DNA of 64,000 nt from an uncultured Clostridia bacterium (GCA_934631025.1 CAKTXR010000010.1:4842-68841); one strand, 5' to 3'. Positions 1-8,827 are shown, counted from the stretch's first letter. The notes: generated by a model from the letters alone, not told the origin. Numbers and translations are program-made.

Positions 1-1043
1 CCCGCCGTCTGATTGCCGAACAGGCCGCCGAAGTTCGAGTAGGCCATGTCGCCCAGACCGTGGACGCGGTTGAGAGCGTTTTCGGGCGCGATTTCATTGA
101 CGAACTGACGGCGCGCGGGCAGAATCAGCCCGTAGCCCATGCCGTTGAGGAAATAGACGATGTAGAGCACCCACACGCTGCCCGCCAGCCCCATCATGAT
201 GGTCGATGCGATATAGACGCAGCCGGCCAGCAGCATCCTGCGGCGGGCTGTGAGATTGCGATACGGCCTCGGAAAGCGCATCACGAGGAACTCGGCCACC
301 GTGTTGAACGCCGTGGCCACGCCCATGGCCGCCACCGTGCCGCCGACATTCTCTATGACCAGCAGGTTCAAGTTGATCAATGGCGAATTCGCCAGACCCA
401 TGACGCCCATGCAGGCGATGAACAGCCACACCACCGGCGGCAGTGTCCGAAGCGACGCCTTTTTCACGCTCTGCGCTGCTCTCTCAAGCGCCGGTATTTC
501 TGGCGTGCGCGTCGCGACGAAAATGGCTGCGCAGGCCAGCAGCGACGAATAGATCGGCATGACGATATGCCCGATCTTTTCCACCGAGAAGCCCATGACG
601 ATCATCACGCCGGCATAGGACAGGCTGCCCAGCGCGCGGATGGGAGAATACGCGTCGCGGTCGTTCGGGAAGCTGCGGATCAGCCAGGTGTCCAGCACCG
701 GCGAGAGCGCCTGCTGCACAAAGCCCAGCGCGACGTAAAACGCGCCCAGCAGCCAGAGCGAGGGTGAAAAGTAAATGCCCAGCTGCAAGAGAATCGTCGC
801 GGCCATGCCGATGATGAACACGCGGCGGTTGTTCTGCCTGCGGTCGCACACAGAGCCTATGATAAACTGCCCCGCGCAGGCGCTGGCCATGACCAGAGCG
901 AGCATCAGCCCCGCGCCCGACGCGCTCACGCCCCGCACGGATGTGAGATAGGACACCATGTAGGTGTTGAACGAGCCGCACGTCATCCAGTAGAACATCT
1001 CGAGCAGCGTAAAGCCGCGCTTCAGCGCCTTATCTTGCGGCAT
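1..1043 (-). CDS. MFS transporter (C-terminus lies beyond the window start)
   Basis: The minus-strand frame stays open to the window edge, so it is absent from the ORF track. My translation from ATG 1043 reads MPQDKALKRGFTLLEMFYWMTCGSFNTYMVSYL...SLSYAGVMIVMGFSVEKIG...LYIVYFLNGMGYGLILPARRQF. It has many hydrophobic helices and MFS-like loops. The ATG overlaps the upstream gene end by 14 nt. Confidence 0.7.
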   Translation of the reverse strand, partial: MPQDKALKRGFTLLEMFYWMTCGSFNTYMVSYLTSVRGVSASGAGLMLALVMASACAGQFIIGSVCDRRQNNRRVFIIGMAATILLQLGIYFSPSLWLLGAFYVALGFVQQALSPVLDTWLIRSFPNDRDAYSPIRALGSLSYAGVMIVMGFSVEKIGHIVMPIYSSLLACAAIFVATRTPEIPALERAAQSVKKASLRTLPPVVWLFIACMGVMGLANSPLINLNLLVIENVGGTVAAMGVATAFNTVAEFLVMRFPRPYRNLTARRRMLLAGCVYIASTIMMGLAGSVWVLYIVYFLNGMGYGLILPARRQFVNEIAPENALNRVHGLGDMAYSNFGGLFGNQTA

Positions 1044-1776
1044 TGACGTCACCGGCTTTCTCGGGATCGAGCCGCTCGAGGAACAGCCCTGAGCGCGAGA
1101 CCGGCTCGCCGCCCGCATAAAGATGGGAGGTATCCCCCATCTGCATACATTTAAAGAACACCTCGCCCTGCACGCGCTCCTCGGTCACGAACGTGGTCAC
1201 CGAGCTTGTGGGCAGGAAGAAGCTCTGCCACATCACGGGCAGCGCCGCGCCTGTCATGTGCGCGATGATCGCCATGCCCAGCGCGAAATGGCAGAACAGC
1301 ACGATCGTGTCCTCGGTGTTCTCCTCGCAGCGGAAAATATGGCCGTCGCGGCGATAGCCGTATTTTTCCAGCAGATCGTCCACGCCGCGGCAGGTCTCCT
1401 CATAGATTTCGCGCACGTCGCCCGTCGCCATCAGCGGATGATCGAGCCATTCGTTCTTATTGAACAGCGCTTCCTGACGCGTCCAGTACTGCGGCGCGAG
1501 ATTCCACGGAATGCGCTTTTTCTCGCTGAACGGATCGGCCACATGGCCGCGGAACTCGTGGAGCCACGGCAGGATTTGCAGATCGTTTTCGCGATTCAGC
1601 CGCCTGAGCGTCGGCCTGGCCGTATCGCGCGCGCGCCCCAGCGGCGAGCAGTAGAAATCGCGGATGTTCAGCTTTGAAAGCCGCTCGCCCAGCAGCTCCG
1701 CCTCGCGCCAGCCCTTTTCGGTCAGCGAATCGATGGAATAATCGGGATCGCCATGTCTGATGATCAGCAGTTTAAT
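1030..1776 (-). CDS. histidine phosphatase family protein (phosphoglycerate-mutase-like); apparent ATT start
   Basis: The track ORF 1030..1542 continues in frame upstream with no ATG, GTG or TTG. Translation gives IKLLIIRHGDPDYSIDSLTEKGWREAELLGERL..., so the catalytic RHG motif sits 6 residues after ATT 1776. A GGAGAGG sequence lies 6 nt upstream of the ATT, and an in-frame TGA lies 8 codons further up. Confidence 0.75.
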   Translation of the reverse strand: MKLLIIRHGDPDYSIDSLTEKGWREAELLGERLSKLNIRDFYCSPLGRARDTARPTLRRLNRENDLQILPWLHEFRGHVADPFSEKKRIPWNLAPQYWTRQEALFNKNEWLDHPLMATGDVREIYEETCRGVDDLLEKYGYRRDGHIFRCEENTEDTIVLFCHFALGMAIIAHMTGAALPVMWQSFFLPTSSVTTFVTEERVQGEVFFKCMQMGDTSHLYAGGEPVSRSGLFLERLDPEKAGDVNAAR

Positions 1777-2485
1777 GGGTATCCTCTCCTTTGTTTTTCA
1801 TGTCGCGCAGCATATCGTCAAACGCCGCCTTGTCCGCAGCGCTGATTTTATAGGATTCCCTGATCTTTCGCACTGCGCGGGATCGCACGAACGGATCGAT
1901 CCCGCCGCGCAGAAAGTCCGTCACGGCGCTCGCGTCCGCCGAGGCCGTCTCGGCCAGCAGCCACGCCAGCGCCACACGCGCATAGTAATTTTCGCCGCAC
2001 TGCGCCGTCCGCGCCGCTTCAAGCACGCGCGCCGTCCAGTCTCCCTCCCGCGCGAAATGATCGCACAGGCAGACCAGCGCGAAGCGGACGGTAAATTCCG
2101 CGCCGCTCTCCAGCAGGCGCATAATCCACCGATAACCGCGCGCGCGGTCATCGCGCAGAAAGCGGCAGGCCGAGCACACGCCGTCGCACACGCCCCAGTT
2201 ATCGATGCGCGGAAGGAACGCTTCCATGGCGCGCGCATGCTCGTCAAAGGGCATATCAGCCTGCGCCAGTATCAGGCCGCGGATCATCATCTCCTCGTAC
2301 GGCGCGTCCGCGTCCGGCTCCGGCCAGTTTTCCCAGCGCCCGTCCCTGAGCGCCTGCTTCACATAGCCGCGGACGAGAGGCATCCGCACGCCAACGATGT
2401 TTTCAACGCCCGGCAGCAGCTTTCTCTGGAACGCCGCGTAGCCCTCGTCCCGCGATGAGAGCAGAAACGCGCGAAGCTCCCTCAT
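1772..2485 (-). CDS. DNA alkylation repair protein (AlkD-like HEAT-repeat)
   Basis: The 245-aa track ORF has a helical-repeat composition (e.g. WGVCDGVCSACRFL, YYARVALAWLL) typical of the DNA_alkylation family. I prefer ATG 2485 because it forms an ATGA overlap with the upstream stop. The GTG at 2509 is an alternative start. Confidence 0.7.
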   Translation of the reverse strand: MRELRAFLLSSRDEGYAAFQRKLLPGVENIVGVRMPLVRGYVKQALRDGRWENWPEPDADAPYEEMMIRGLILAQADMPFDEHARAMEAFLPRIDNWGVCDGVCSACRFLRDDRARGYRWIMRLLESGAEFTVRFALVCLCDHFAREGDWTARVLEAARTAQCGENYYARVALAWLLAETASADASAVTDFLRGGIDPFVRSRAVRKIRESYKISAADKAAFDDMLRDMKNKGEDTH

Positions 2486-3057
2486 GCCCTTTCGCCCCGC
2501 TTCGGCCACGGCTCGAGCCGCTCGCCCTTCACCAGAAAGGCCGTCTCCGCGCGCATCGCCATGGGCGTATCGTGCAGCGAGTCGGAATAGAAGCGTTCCA
2601 CCCGCGCGCCGGGGAACGCCGCGTCGAACGCGCGCACCTTCTCCGCGCCGTCGCAGTTTTTACCGGTACACACGCCATTTTCAATATCGACCGGCGAACC
2701 GAGGACGTATTCAATGCCCAGCCGCCGGCACGCGGGCCGCACGAAATCGACGGGCGATGCCGTGATCACCACGTCGTCCGGCCTGTGCGCCTCCAGATAC
2801 CAGTGATGAACCATGCCGATATGCTCATCCCAGAAGCGCTCGATCTGTTTCTTCGGCTCGGGCACGTCGCGCAGGAAGCGATAGAGCGCCTGCTTGAACG
2901 CCGTCTTGTCGCACTTCCCCAGCGCCATCTTGAGCGCCGCGATCAGCGTTCCGGGCAGAAAGCGCAGCATTTTCGGCCAGCGCCTGAGCGACCAGAGATA
3001 GAACTGCGCCGTGGTGTCCTTATGGAAGATCGTCTTGTCGAAATCGTAAACGTTCAT
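2482..3057 (-). CDS. HAD family hydrolase (HAD-IB-like)
   Basis: MNVYDFDKTIF carries the HAD motif I (DxDxT). The ATG at 3057 overlaps the xth stop as ATGA. Confidence 0.75.
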   Translation of the reverse strand: MNVYDFDKTIFHKDTTAQFYLWSLRRWPKMLRFLPGTLIAALKMALGKCDKTAFKQALYRFLRDVPEPKKQIERFWDEHIGMVHHWYLEAHRPDDVVITASPVDFVRPACRRLGIEYVLGSPVDIENGVCTGKNCDGAEKVRAFDAAFPGARVERFYSDSLHDTPMAMRAETAFLVKGERLEPWPKRGERA

Positions 3058-3806
3058 TCTATCACCAGCTCCACCGGACAATGATCCGATCCGTAAATCT
3101 CATTGTGGATGGACGCGGATTTGAGCCGCGCCTTCAGCCGCTCGGACACGACGAAATAGTCGATGCGCCAGCCGGCGTTCGTGGCGCGGGCGTTGCGGAT
3201 ATAGCTCCACCAGCTGTACGCGCCCGTCTCGTCCGGATGGAAATAGCGGAACGTATCGATGAAGCCGCAGGACAGCAGTTGAGAGAACGCCGCGCGCTCC
3301 TGATCGCTGAAGCCGGCGTTCATATGGTTGGTTTTCGGATTTTTGAGGTCGATTTCCTCATGCGCGACGTTCAGATCGCCCGTGAGAATGACCGGCTTGA
3401 CGCGATCGAGCCGGACAAGATACTCGCGGAAATCGCGTTCCCAGCTCATGCGGTAGTCCAGCCGCGCCAGCTCCCGCTGCGCGTTGGGCGTATAGCACAC
3501 CACCAGATAGAAATCGTCGTATTCGGCGGTGATGACGCGCCCCTCGTGATCGTGCTCGTCAATCCCGACGCCGGTCGTGACGCTGATCGGCTCCGCGCGC
3601 GTGAACAGCGCCGTGCCGGAATAGCCCTTCTTGTCGGCATAGTTATAGTAGGCGTGATAGCCCTCGAGACCGTCCTCGAACTGCCCCGCCTGGATTTTCG
3701 TTTCCTGGAGCGCGATCACGTCCGCGTCCAGCGCCGCCATGCTCTCGAAAAAGCCCTTGCCCACGCACGCGCGCAGGCCGTTGACATTCCATGATATGAG
3801 TTTCAT
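3054..3806 (-). CDS. xth: exodeoxyribonuclease III
   Basis: MKLISWNVNGLRA...ALQETK...YSGTALF...GDLNVAH...SDHCPV is the full ExoIII/EEP motif set. A GGAGGGG SD precedes ATG 3806. The track start at 3890 is an upstream extension. Confidence 0.93.
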   Translation of the reverse strand: MKLISWNVNGLRACVGKGFFESMAALDADVIALQETKIQAGQFEDGLEGYHAYYNYADKKGYSGTALFTRAEPISVTTGVGIDEHDHEGRVITAEYDDFYLVVCYTPNAQRELARLDYRMSWERDFREYLVRLDRVKPVILTGDLNVAHEEIDLKNPKTNHMNAGFSDQERAAFSQLLSCGFIDTFRYFHPDETGAYSWWSYIRNARATNAGWRIDYFVVSERLKARLKSASIHNEIYGSDHCPVELVIE

Positions 3807-3839
3807 GCGTCCCCTCCGCCCCGTGAATGATCTCCTGTC

Positions 3840-3868
3840 ATTGTAGCAGAAAAAGCGCCCCGCCGCAA
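3840..3868 (-). promoter_or_regulatory. candidate sigma-A promoter of the xth operon
   Basis: On the minus strand, TTGCGG (3868-3863), a 17-nt spacer, then TACAAT (3845-3840). Confidence 0.35.
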
Positions 3869-3881
3869 TCGGCAGGACGCT
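3848..3881 (-). terminator. intrinsic terminator after the LysM gene
   Basis: On the minus strand, AGCGUCCU...GGGGCGCU forms a stem followed by UUUUUCU. Confidence 0.5.
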
Positions 3882-3899
3882 GAAAATCAAAACTTTGCT

Positions 3900-4454
3900 T
3901 TACCCGTTCTCCTCCGCCGTGCGCTCCAGCACGCAGATCTGCCGTCCCGCTTCGAAATCGCTGGGCGCAAGGCTCGGATTGAGCCGCAGAAGTCGGCCCG
4001 GCGTGACGTTCAGTTTGGCCGCGATGCTCTCCAGCGTCTCGCCCTCGGCGATTATGTAGCTGCTCGCGCCGCCCGGACAGATGCGCCGCGTCCCCTCCGG
4101 CGGCACGCAGTAGCGCTGGCCGGCCGAGAGCGACGTGGGCGACAGATTGGGATTGCTCAGCCGGAACGCCTGATAGGAAATGTTATAACGCCTGAGCAGA
4201 TCGGCGTAGGTCTCGCCCGCCTGCACCGTGCCCGCAGTATAGCCGTCGGGGCATTCGCGCGCTTCCGCCTGCGTCTCGCCCGGCACGCACAAAAGCTGTC
4301 CGGGGCTGAGCCGCGACACGTCCACATACGGATTCAGCTCGGCCAGTTCCCCCGCCGTCACGCCCTGCGCGCGGGCGATCGAATTGAACGTATCGCCCGC
4401 CTTCACCGTGTACACGCTGCCCGCCGTGCAGACCACCTGATTGCTTCCTTCCAT
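3900..4454 (-). CDS. LysM domain-containing protein (three LysM repeats)
   Basis: Three copies of the pattern Y.V..GDT...IA.......L..LNP are present (YTVKAGDTFNSIARAQGV, GTVQAGETYADLLRRYNI, YIIAEGETLESIAAKLNV). An AAAGGAGGAA SD precedes the ATG. Confidence 0.8.
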   Translation of the reverse strand: MEGSNQVVCTAGSVYTVKAGDTFNSIARAQGVTAGELAELNPYVDVSRLSPGQLLCVPGETQAEARECPDGYTAGTVQAGETYADLLRRYNISYQAFRLSNPNLSPTSLSAGQRYCVPPEGTRRICPGGASSYIIAEGETLESIAAKLNVTPGRLLRLNPSLAPSDFEAGRQICVLERTAEENG

Positions 4455-4921
4455 GCGTCATTCCTCCTTTTCACCTACGCAGACATACTATGTCGCCGCC
4501 TGCATGGGCGTGACCGGAAAAGGAAAGAATCGGCGGCGGCAGATGATTTTTCGCGGATGCGGCGTTCCGATTCCCCGCCTTTGACCGAAAGCGGCTTCCG
4601 CAGGGGACTCAAAGAATTCGGCGCGTAAATCACGCCCGCGCGCTGAATGGGCGGTTTGACCCAGCCTCCTGAGGGCATATTCCTTGAAGCCGCCCGCCAA
4701 ACAGGGCGTCGAAGAAAATGGCCGATCATGCTCTCCGCTTCGCAAATCTCCTTCTCGGGGATTCGTTCAAGCTTCTTTCGCGCCCTGCATATTCTCAATA
4801 TCCTGCCATTTCCCTGTGGAACCGCGCCCGCCGTGCGGCTCCATGGCTTTTGCTAAAGCGCTTTTTCATACCCCCGCATTTGAACTCGGGGATTTATAAC
4901 GCCTGCTCATCTCACATAAAA

Positions 4922-4956
4922 GGCGCGGGGACGAAATTGCTTTTCATCCCCGCGCC
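4922..4956 (-). terminator. intrinsic terminator after the USP gene
   Basis: GGCGCGGGGA (4922-4931) pairs with TCCCCGCGCC (4947-4956). On the minus strand the stem is followed by UUUUAU. Confidence 0.7.
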
Positions 4957-4962
4957 GGTTCT

Positions 4963-5340
4963 TTAATCCGTATAGACGATGTGGAAATCCATATCTGGCA
5001 TATGCTTTTTCATGTCGGCGGTCATATCGCGCTGACCGGCTCTGGGCGCGCCCAGCACCAGTATCGCCGCGCCGACGCGTCGAGCATGGGTTTCGACAGT
5101 CTTGACGACCTCGTCCGAGCGGATGACCGTCATGGCCGCGCCGTATTCCGTCGAGACGTGGAACAGATATTCCAGCGCCTCGGCCTCGGAAACGTTGCCC
5201 AGCAGCTCTGCGCCGGGCTTTGCGATATGCACGACCGACAGTTCAAGCTCGCGCTCGATCGCCAGCCGGCTGCCCTCGCGGATCAGCCGCTCGCACGTTT
5301 TCTGGCCGGTAACGCAGACCAGCACGCACTTTTCTTCCAT
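4963..5340 (-). CDS. universal stress protein family / Usp-like nucleotide-binding domain protein
   Basis: A 125-aa protein reading VLVCVTGQKTCERLIREG...ILVLGAPRAG, which is a Usp/KdpD-N-like alpha/beta pattern. Confidence 0.65.
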   Translation of the reverse strand: MEEKCVLVCVTGQKTCERLIREGSRLAIERELELSVVHIAKPGAELLGNVSEAEALEYLFHVSTEYGAAMTVIRSDEVVKTVETHARRVGAAILVLGAPRAGQRDMTADMKKHMPDMDFHIVYTD

Positions 5341-5358
5341 TAGAAGGCTCCTTCCCGC

Positions 5359-5838
5359 CTATTTGACGTCCAGCGCGATGACGTAATTGCCGAACGCGCG
5401 GATGTGGAGCGGCTGCTCCTTTTCAAGCGGCGGCAGCGTCTTGTCCGCGTCCCAGAACAGGAGCCGCTCGTTGTCGGCGTTCTTCGCGCCGTCCAGCCGG
5501 ATCACCATCTCGTGGAACGCCACGCCGTCGCTCATGCGCTCGCCGCCCGAGATCGACACGAAGCGGCAGTCCATATCGTGCGCGCGGCCGCGGCGAATGT
5601 CCCGCTGATACAGGCCGTAGCGCACCCAGGGCATCAGCTGCGTCGCAAAGTAAAAGTAGAACAGCGCCCCGCCCAGGCCGCTCGCCAGCATGGCCAGCGT
5701 CACATTGCGCCACACCGTGACGAAGAGCGCCAGCAGCACCGCCACCGCCGCCAGAATCAGCGCTGCAATGACGATGCGCACAGTAATCGCGCGCTTCGCG
5801 TCGGCATAGTCCTTATCGCTGTATAAAACCATGGTCAT
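5359..5838 (-). CDS. hypothetical membrane protein (2 TM helices plus a soluble C-terminal domain)
   Basis: The hydrophobic segments are IVIAALILAAVAVLLALFV and LAMLASGLGGALFYFYFA. The start forms an ATGA overlap with the LOG gene stop. I recognise no family. Confidence 0.6.
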   Translation of the reverse strand: MTMVLYSDKDYADAKRAITVRIVIAALILAAVAVLLALFVTVWRNVTLAMLASGLGGALFYFYFATQLMPWVRYGLYQRDIRRGRAHDMDCRFVSISGGERMSDGVAFHEMVIRLDGAKNADNERLLFWDADKTLPPLEKEQPLHIRAFGNYVIALDVK

Positions 5839-6386
5839 TTCTCCTCTCCGCAGGCCTTTTCCAGAAGGCGCATGGCCTCGGCCGCATCCGACGCAAACGC
5901 ATAGGACGCGCGGCAGCGTTCCTTCGCGCCGCCCCGCCGGAACATCTCCTCGAAAAAGTCGTTCAGGCGATCATAGTAGCCGAGCGTATTGACAATCGCC
6001 ACCGGCTTTTTGCAATAGCCGATGTTGTTGAGCGAGATCACCTCGGCCAGCTCGTAAAGCGTGCCGAAGCCGCCGCTCATGACGCAGAAGCCGTCCGAAA
6101 GCGCCGCCATGCGCGCCATGCGGTCGCGCAGATCGCGCGTGACGATCACCTCGTCGCAGTGCTCGAACACGCCCTCCGAATCGCGCAGCTTTTCGGGAAT
6201 CACGCCGGTCACCCTCGCGCCCGCTTCATGCGCGCCCGAAGCCGCCGCGCCCATCACGCCCCATTGGCCGCCGCCGAACACCAGCTCATGGCCGCGCTCG
6301 CCCAGCAGCCGTCCGAAAAGACGCGCCTCGTCGTAGACCGCGGCATCAAGATCGTTCCCCGCGACGCCGAACACGGCGATTTTCAT
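5835..6386 (-). CDS. LOG family protein (cytokinin riboside 5'-monophosphate phosphoribohydrolase-like, TIGR00730)
   Basis: It contains GGGQWGVMGAA and the PGGxGTxxE-type motif SGGFGTLYE. Confidence 0.85.
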   Translation of the reverse strand: MKIAVFGVAGNDLDAAVYDEARLFGRLLGERGHELVFGGGQWGVMGAAASGAHEAGARVTGVIPEKLRDSEGVFEHCDEVIVTRDLRDRMARMAALSDGFCVMSGGFGTLYELAEVISLNNIGYCKKPVAIVNTLGYYDRLNDFFEEMFRRGGAKERCRASYAFASDAAEAMRLLEKACGEEK

Positions 6387-6481
6387 ACCCGCTCACCTCA
6401 TATATCCACTATAAACCGTCCGGCCGCGCCTGTAAAGAGGGCGGCGGCAGAGTTCACATTTATTTCGCAAGTTTACCGCAA

Positions 6482-7501
6482 TTACAGCTTCAGCGCGGCC
6501 AGGCCGACCTTGCGGCGCACCTTGAGCAGCGTGCGCTGAGCCAGCATATTCGCGCGCTCGGCGTTCTTCGTCATGACCTCACCCAGATAGGCCTTGTCGG
6601 TGGAAATCTTCGCATAGCGCGCCTGGATCGGCTCCAGCTCAGCGATCACCGCATCGGCCACCGCGTCCTTGAACGCGCCGTAGCCCCGACCGTCGTATTC
6701 GGCGGTGATTTCATCCATGCTCTTCCCCGTCACGGCGGAGAGTATGCTCATGAGGTTCGATATGCCCGGCTTGTTTTCGGGATCGAACACCACGGAATTG
6801 TCGCAGTCGGTCTGCGCGCGGCGCAGCTTCTTGCGGATGACGTTCGGCTCGTCGAGCAGCGCGATGTAGGTGTCCTCGGGATCGGACTTGGACATCTTGC
6901 GCGTCGGCTCCTGCAGCGACATGATGCGCGCGCCCACCTTGGGGAAATAGCCGTCCGGCACGACGAACGTCTCGCCGTACACGCTGTTGAAGCGCTCGGC
7001 CAGATTGCGCGCCAGCTCGAGATGCTGCTTCTGATCCGCGCCGATGGGCACCATGTCGCTCTGATAGAGCAGAATGTCGGCCGCCATCAGCGAGGGATAG
7101 GTAAACAGGCCGGCGTTGATGTTGTCGGCGTGCTTTGCGGACTTGTCCTTGAACTGGGTCATGCGGGACAATTCGCCCATATAGGTGATGCAGTCGAGGA
7201 TCCAGCCCAGCTCGGCATGGCCGGAAACGTGGCTCTGGAAATAGATCAGGCTCTTGTCGGGATCAAGGCCGACGGCCAGGAACAGGCTCATGACCTTCAG
7301 GCAGTTTTTGCGCAGCTGCGCGGGATCCTGCCGCACGGTCAGCGCGTGCAGATCGACCACGGAAAACAGGCAGTCGTACTGATCCTCCAGAAGCTTGAAA
7401 TTGCGCAGCGCGCCGATATAGTTGCCCAGCGTGAGCGTGCCGGTGGGCTGGATGCCGCTGAAGAGCCGCTTTTTGCGTTCGACCTGAGTCTGCTGTTCCA
7501 T
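6482..7501 (-). CDS. trpS: tryptophan--tRNA ligase
   Basis: MEQQTQVERKKRLFSGIQPTG...GNYIG (HIGH-like) and KMSKS are present. A GGGAGGAA SD precedes ATG 7501. The first 104 aa of the track ORF are the translated T-box leader. Confidence 0.95.
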   Translation of the reverse strand: MEQQTQVERKKRLFSGIQPTGTLTLGNYIGALRNFKLLEDQYDCLFSVVDLHALTVRQDPAQLRKNCLKVMSLFLAVGLDPDKSLIYFQSHVSGHAELGWILDCITYMGELSRMTQFKDKSAKHADNINAGLFTYPSLMAADILLYQSDMVPIGADQKQHLELARNLAERFNSVYGETFVVPDGYFPKVGARIMSLQEPTRKMSKSDPEDTYIALLDEPNVIRKKLRRAQTDCDNSVVFDPENKPGISNLMSILSAVTGKSMDEITAEYDGRGYGAFKDAVADAVIAELEPIQARYAKISTDKAYLGEVMTKNAERANMLAQRTLLKVRRKVGLAALKL

Positions 7502-7795
7502 TGTAAATTCCTCCCATTTCACTCTTTGCCGCGTCGTGGAAATCCGAGACAAAAAACAGGCGCCCATCCCCATCCGGGACAGGTGCCGACTCTGTGCCAC
7601 CCCGATATTCAACATGACGCCATCACGCCTGCGCCCCTTAACGCGAGGCTCGCGTCGCAGCCTGAGAAAGACCTGTCGGCCGTCCCTCGGTGCGCCCTCA
7701 AAGGCCCATTCGCCGCCGTGCTCTGTCGCCGCGCTCGCACTGTCCGCAGCTCGCTGAAAACCGCCGCGCCGGTTACTCTCCCTCTTCATCGGTGT
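7502..7795 (-). promoter_or_regulatory. T-box riboswitch leader with Trp (UGG) specifier
   Basis: Read on the minus strand: stem I GA/K-turn elements (GAUGA...AGAGUAAC); a specifier-loop context GAA-UGG-G with UGG at 7708-7706; a T-box-like GGGGUGGCAC at about 7609-7590; and a terminator at 7587-7551 (GGCACCUGUCCC/GGGAUGGGCGCC plus U6). It sits upstream of trpS. Confidence 0.8.
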
Positions 7796-7801
7796 AACTG
7801 T

Positions 7802-7830
7802 ATTATACATCATGCCTCCCCTTTTTGCAA
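7802..7830 (-). promoter_or_regulatory. sigma-A promoter of the trpS leader
   Basis: On the minus strand, TTGCAA (7830-7825), a 17-nt spacer, then TATAAT (7807-7802). Confidence 0.6.
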
Positions 7831-7859
7831 GACGAAATCAGAATTTTCCCAACTGCCCT

Positions 7860-7888
7860 TTGACAGAAACGCCCTTCTGGCTTATCAT
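7860..7888 (+). promoter_or_regulatory. sigma-A promoter of the SDR gene
   Basis: TTGACA (7860-7865), a 17-nt spacer, then TATCAT (7883-7888). Confidence 0.5.
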
Positions 7889-7910
7889 TATGGCAGGAGG
7901 CGAAAATTTC

Positions 7911-8645
7911 ATGAGCAAAACCATACTCATCACCGGCGGCTCGCGCGGCATCGGGCGCGCCTGCGTGGAGCTGTTCGCGCGCAAAGGCTGGCGCGTGGTC
8001 TTTCTCTGCCGGACGCGGGAGGACGCGGCCAAAACGCTTGTGGATAAGCTGCGCGCCGAGGGCTGCGACGCGGAATATTTCCTGTGCGATGTTTCCGACC
8101 GGACGCGCGTAAACGAGGTCGTCGGCGAGATCCTGCGCCGCTGTCACCGCATCGACGCGCTGGTTAACAACGCCGCCATATCGCAGATCAAGCTGTTCAC
8201 CGACCTCACGCCCGAGGACTGGCGGCGTATGTTCGCCGTCAACGTGGACGGCGTATTCAACTGCACGCAGGCCGTGCTGGGCGGCATGATCAGCGAAAAG
8301 CGCGGCGCGATCGTCAACATCTCCTCGATGTGGGGGCAGGTCGGCGCATCCTGCGAGGTGGCCTATTCCGCCGCGAAGGCCGCCGTCATCGGGCTGACGA
8401 AGGCGCTGGCCAAGGAGGTCGGCCCGTCGGGCGTACGCGTCAACTGCGTCTGCCCCGGCGTGATCGACACCGACATGAACGCCGCGCTGGACGAGGAAAC
8501 CCGCGCCGCGCTGATCGACGAAACGCCGCTCGAGCGCATCGGAACACCCGAGGACGTCGCCCGCGCCGTCGCCTATCTCTGCTCGGAGGAAGCGTCGTTC
8601 ATCACGGGGCAAATTCTGGGCGTGAACGGCGGCATGATCATCTGA
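7911..8645 (+). CDS. SDR family oxidoreductase (FabG-like)
   Basis: MSKTILITGGSRGIGRA (TGxxxGxG), NNAA and the YSAAK catalytic motif are present. An AGGAGG SD precedes the ATG. The track start at 7812 is an extension. Confidence 0.85.
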   Translation: MSKTILITGGSRGIGRACVELFARKGWRVVFLCRTREDAAKTLVDKLRAEGCDAEYFLCDVSDRTRVNEVVGEILRRCHRIDALVNNAAISQIKLFTDLTPEDWRRMFAVNVDGVFNCTQAVLGGMISEKRGAIVNISSMWGQVGASCEVAYSAAKAAVIGLTKALAKEVGPSGVRVNCVCPGVIDTDMNAALDEETRAALIDETPLERIGTPEDVARAVAYLCSEEASFITGQILGVNGGMII

Positions 8646-8778
8646 CGCGGCGTACGAAGTCAAAGCGCCCTCGCGCCCGAATGCGGCGTGCAAAACCGTT
8701 TTCCTAACATCCCTCGTCAAACCATGGTCTGTTTTTATCTCTTCAGACCGAAGTCCGTTCTGTCTAGAGTAAAGAAAA

Positions 8779-8818
8779 GGCCGAAGCCTGCGAATTCCGC
8801 AGACTTCGGCTCCTTTTA
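8779..8818. terminator. bidirectional intrinsic terminator (SDR / ThuA genes converge)
   Basis: GGCCGAAGCCUGCG-AAUU-CCGCAGACUUCGGC forms a hairpin flanked by an A-run upstream and UCCUUUUAU downstream. Confidence 0.7.
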
Positions 8819-8827
8819 TGCGGCTTG

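Noticed and set aside
4475-4798. A possible c-di-AMP (ydaO) riboswitch, or a 107/84-aa basic ORF, in the LysM leader.
   Set aside because: GGGGAAUC-like pieces exist, but the hallmark ydaO core is absent on both strands (ACCCGAA.CCG.CAGCUAAC.UCGUAAGC and GGGGACCCA). The ORF has low GC3, rare codons, no SD at proper spacing, and an Arg/Ser-rich product.
7502-7813. The N-terminal 104 aa of the 443-aa track ORF for trpS.
   Set aside because: The conserved TrpRS sequence starts at ATG 7501 and has its own SD. The upstream part contains the T-box stem I, the specifier and a terminator with a U6 run. It is RNA leader rather than coding sequence.
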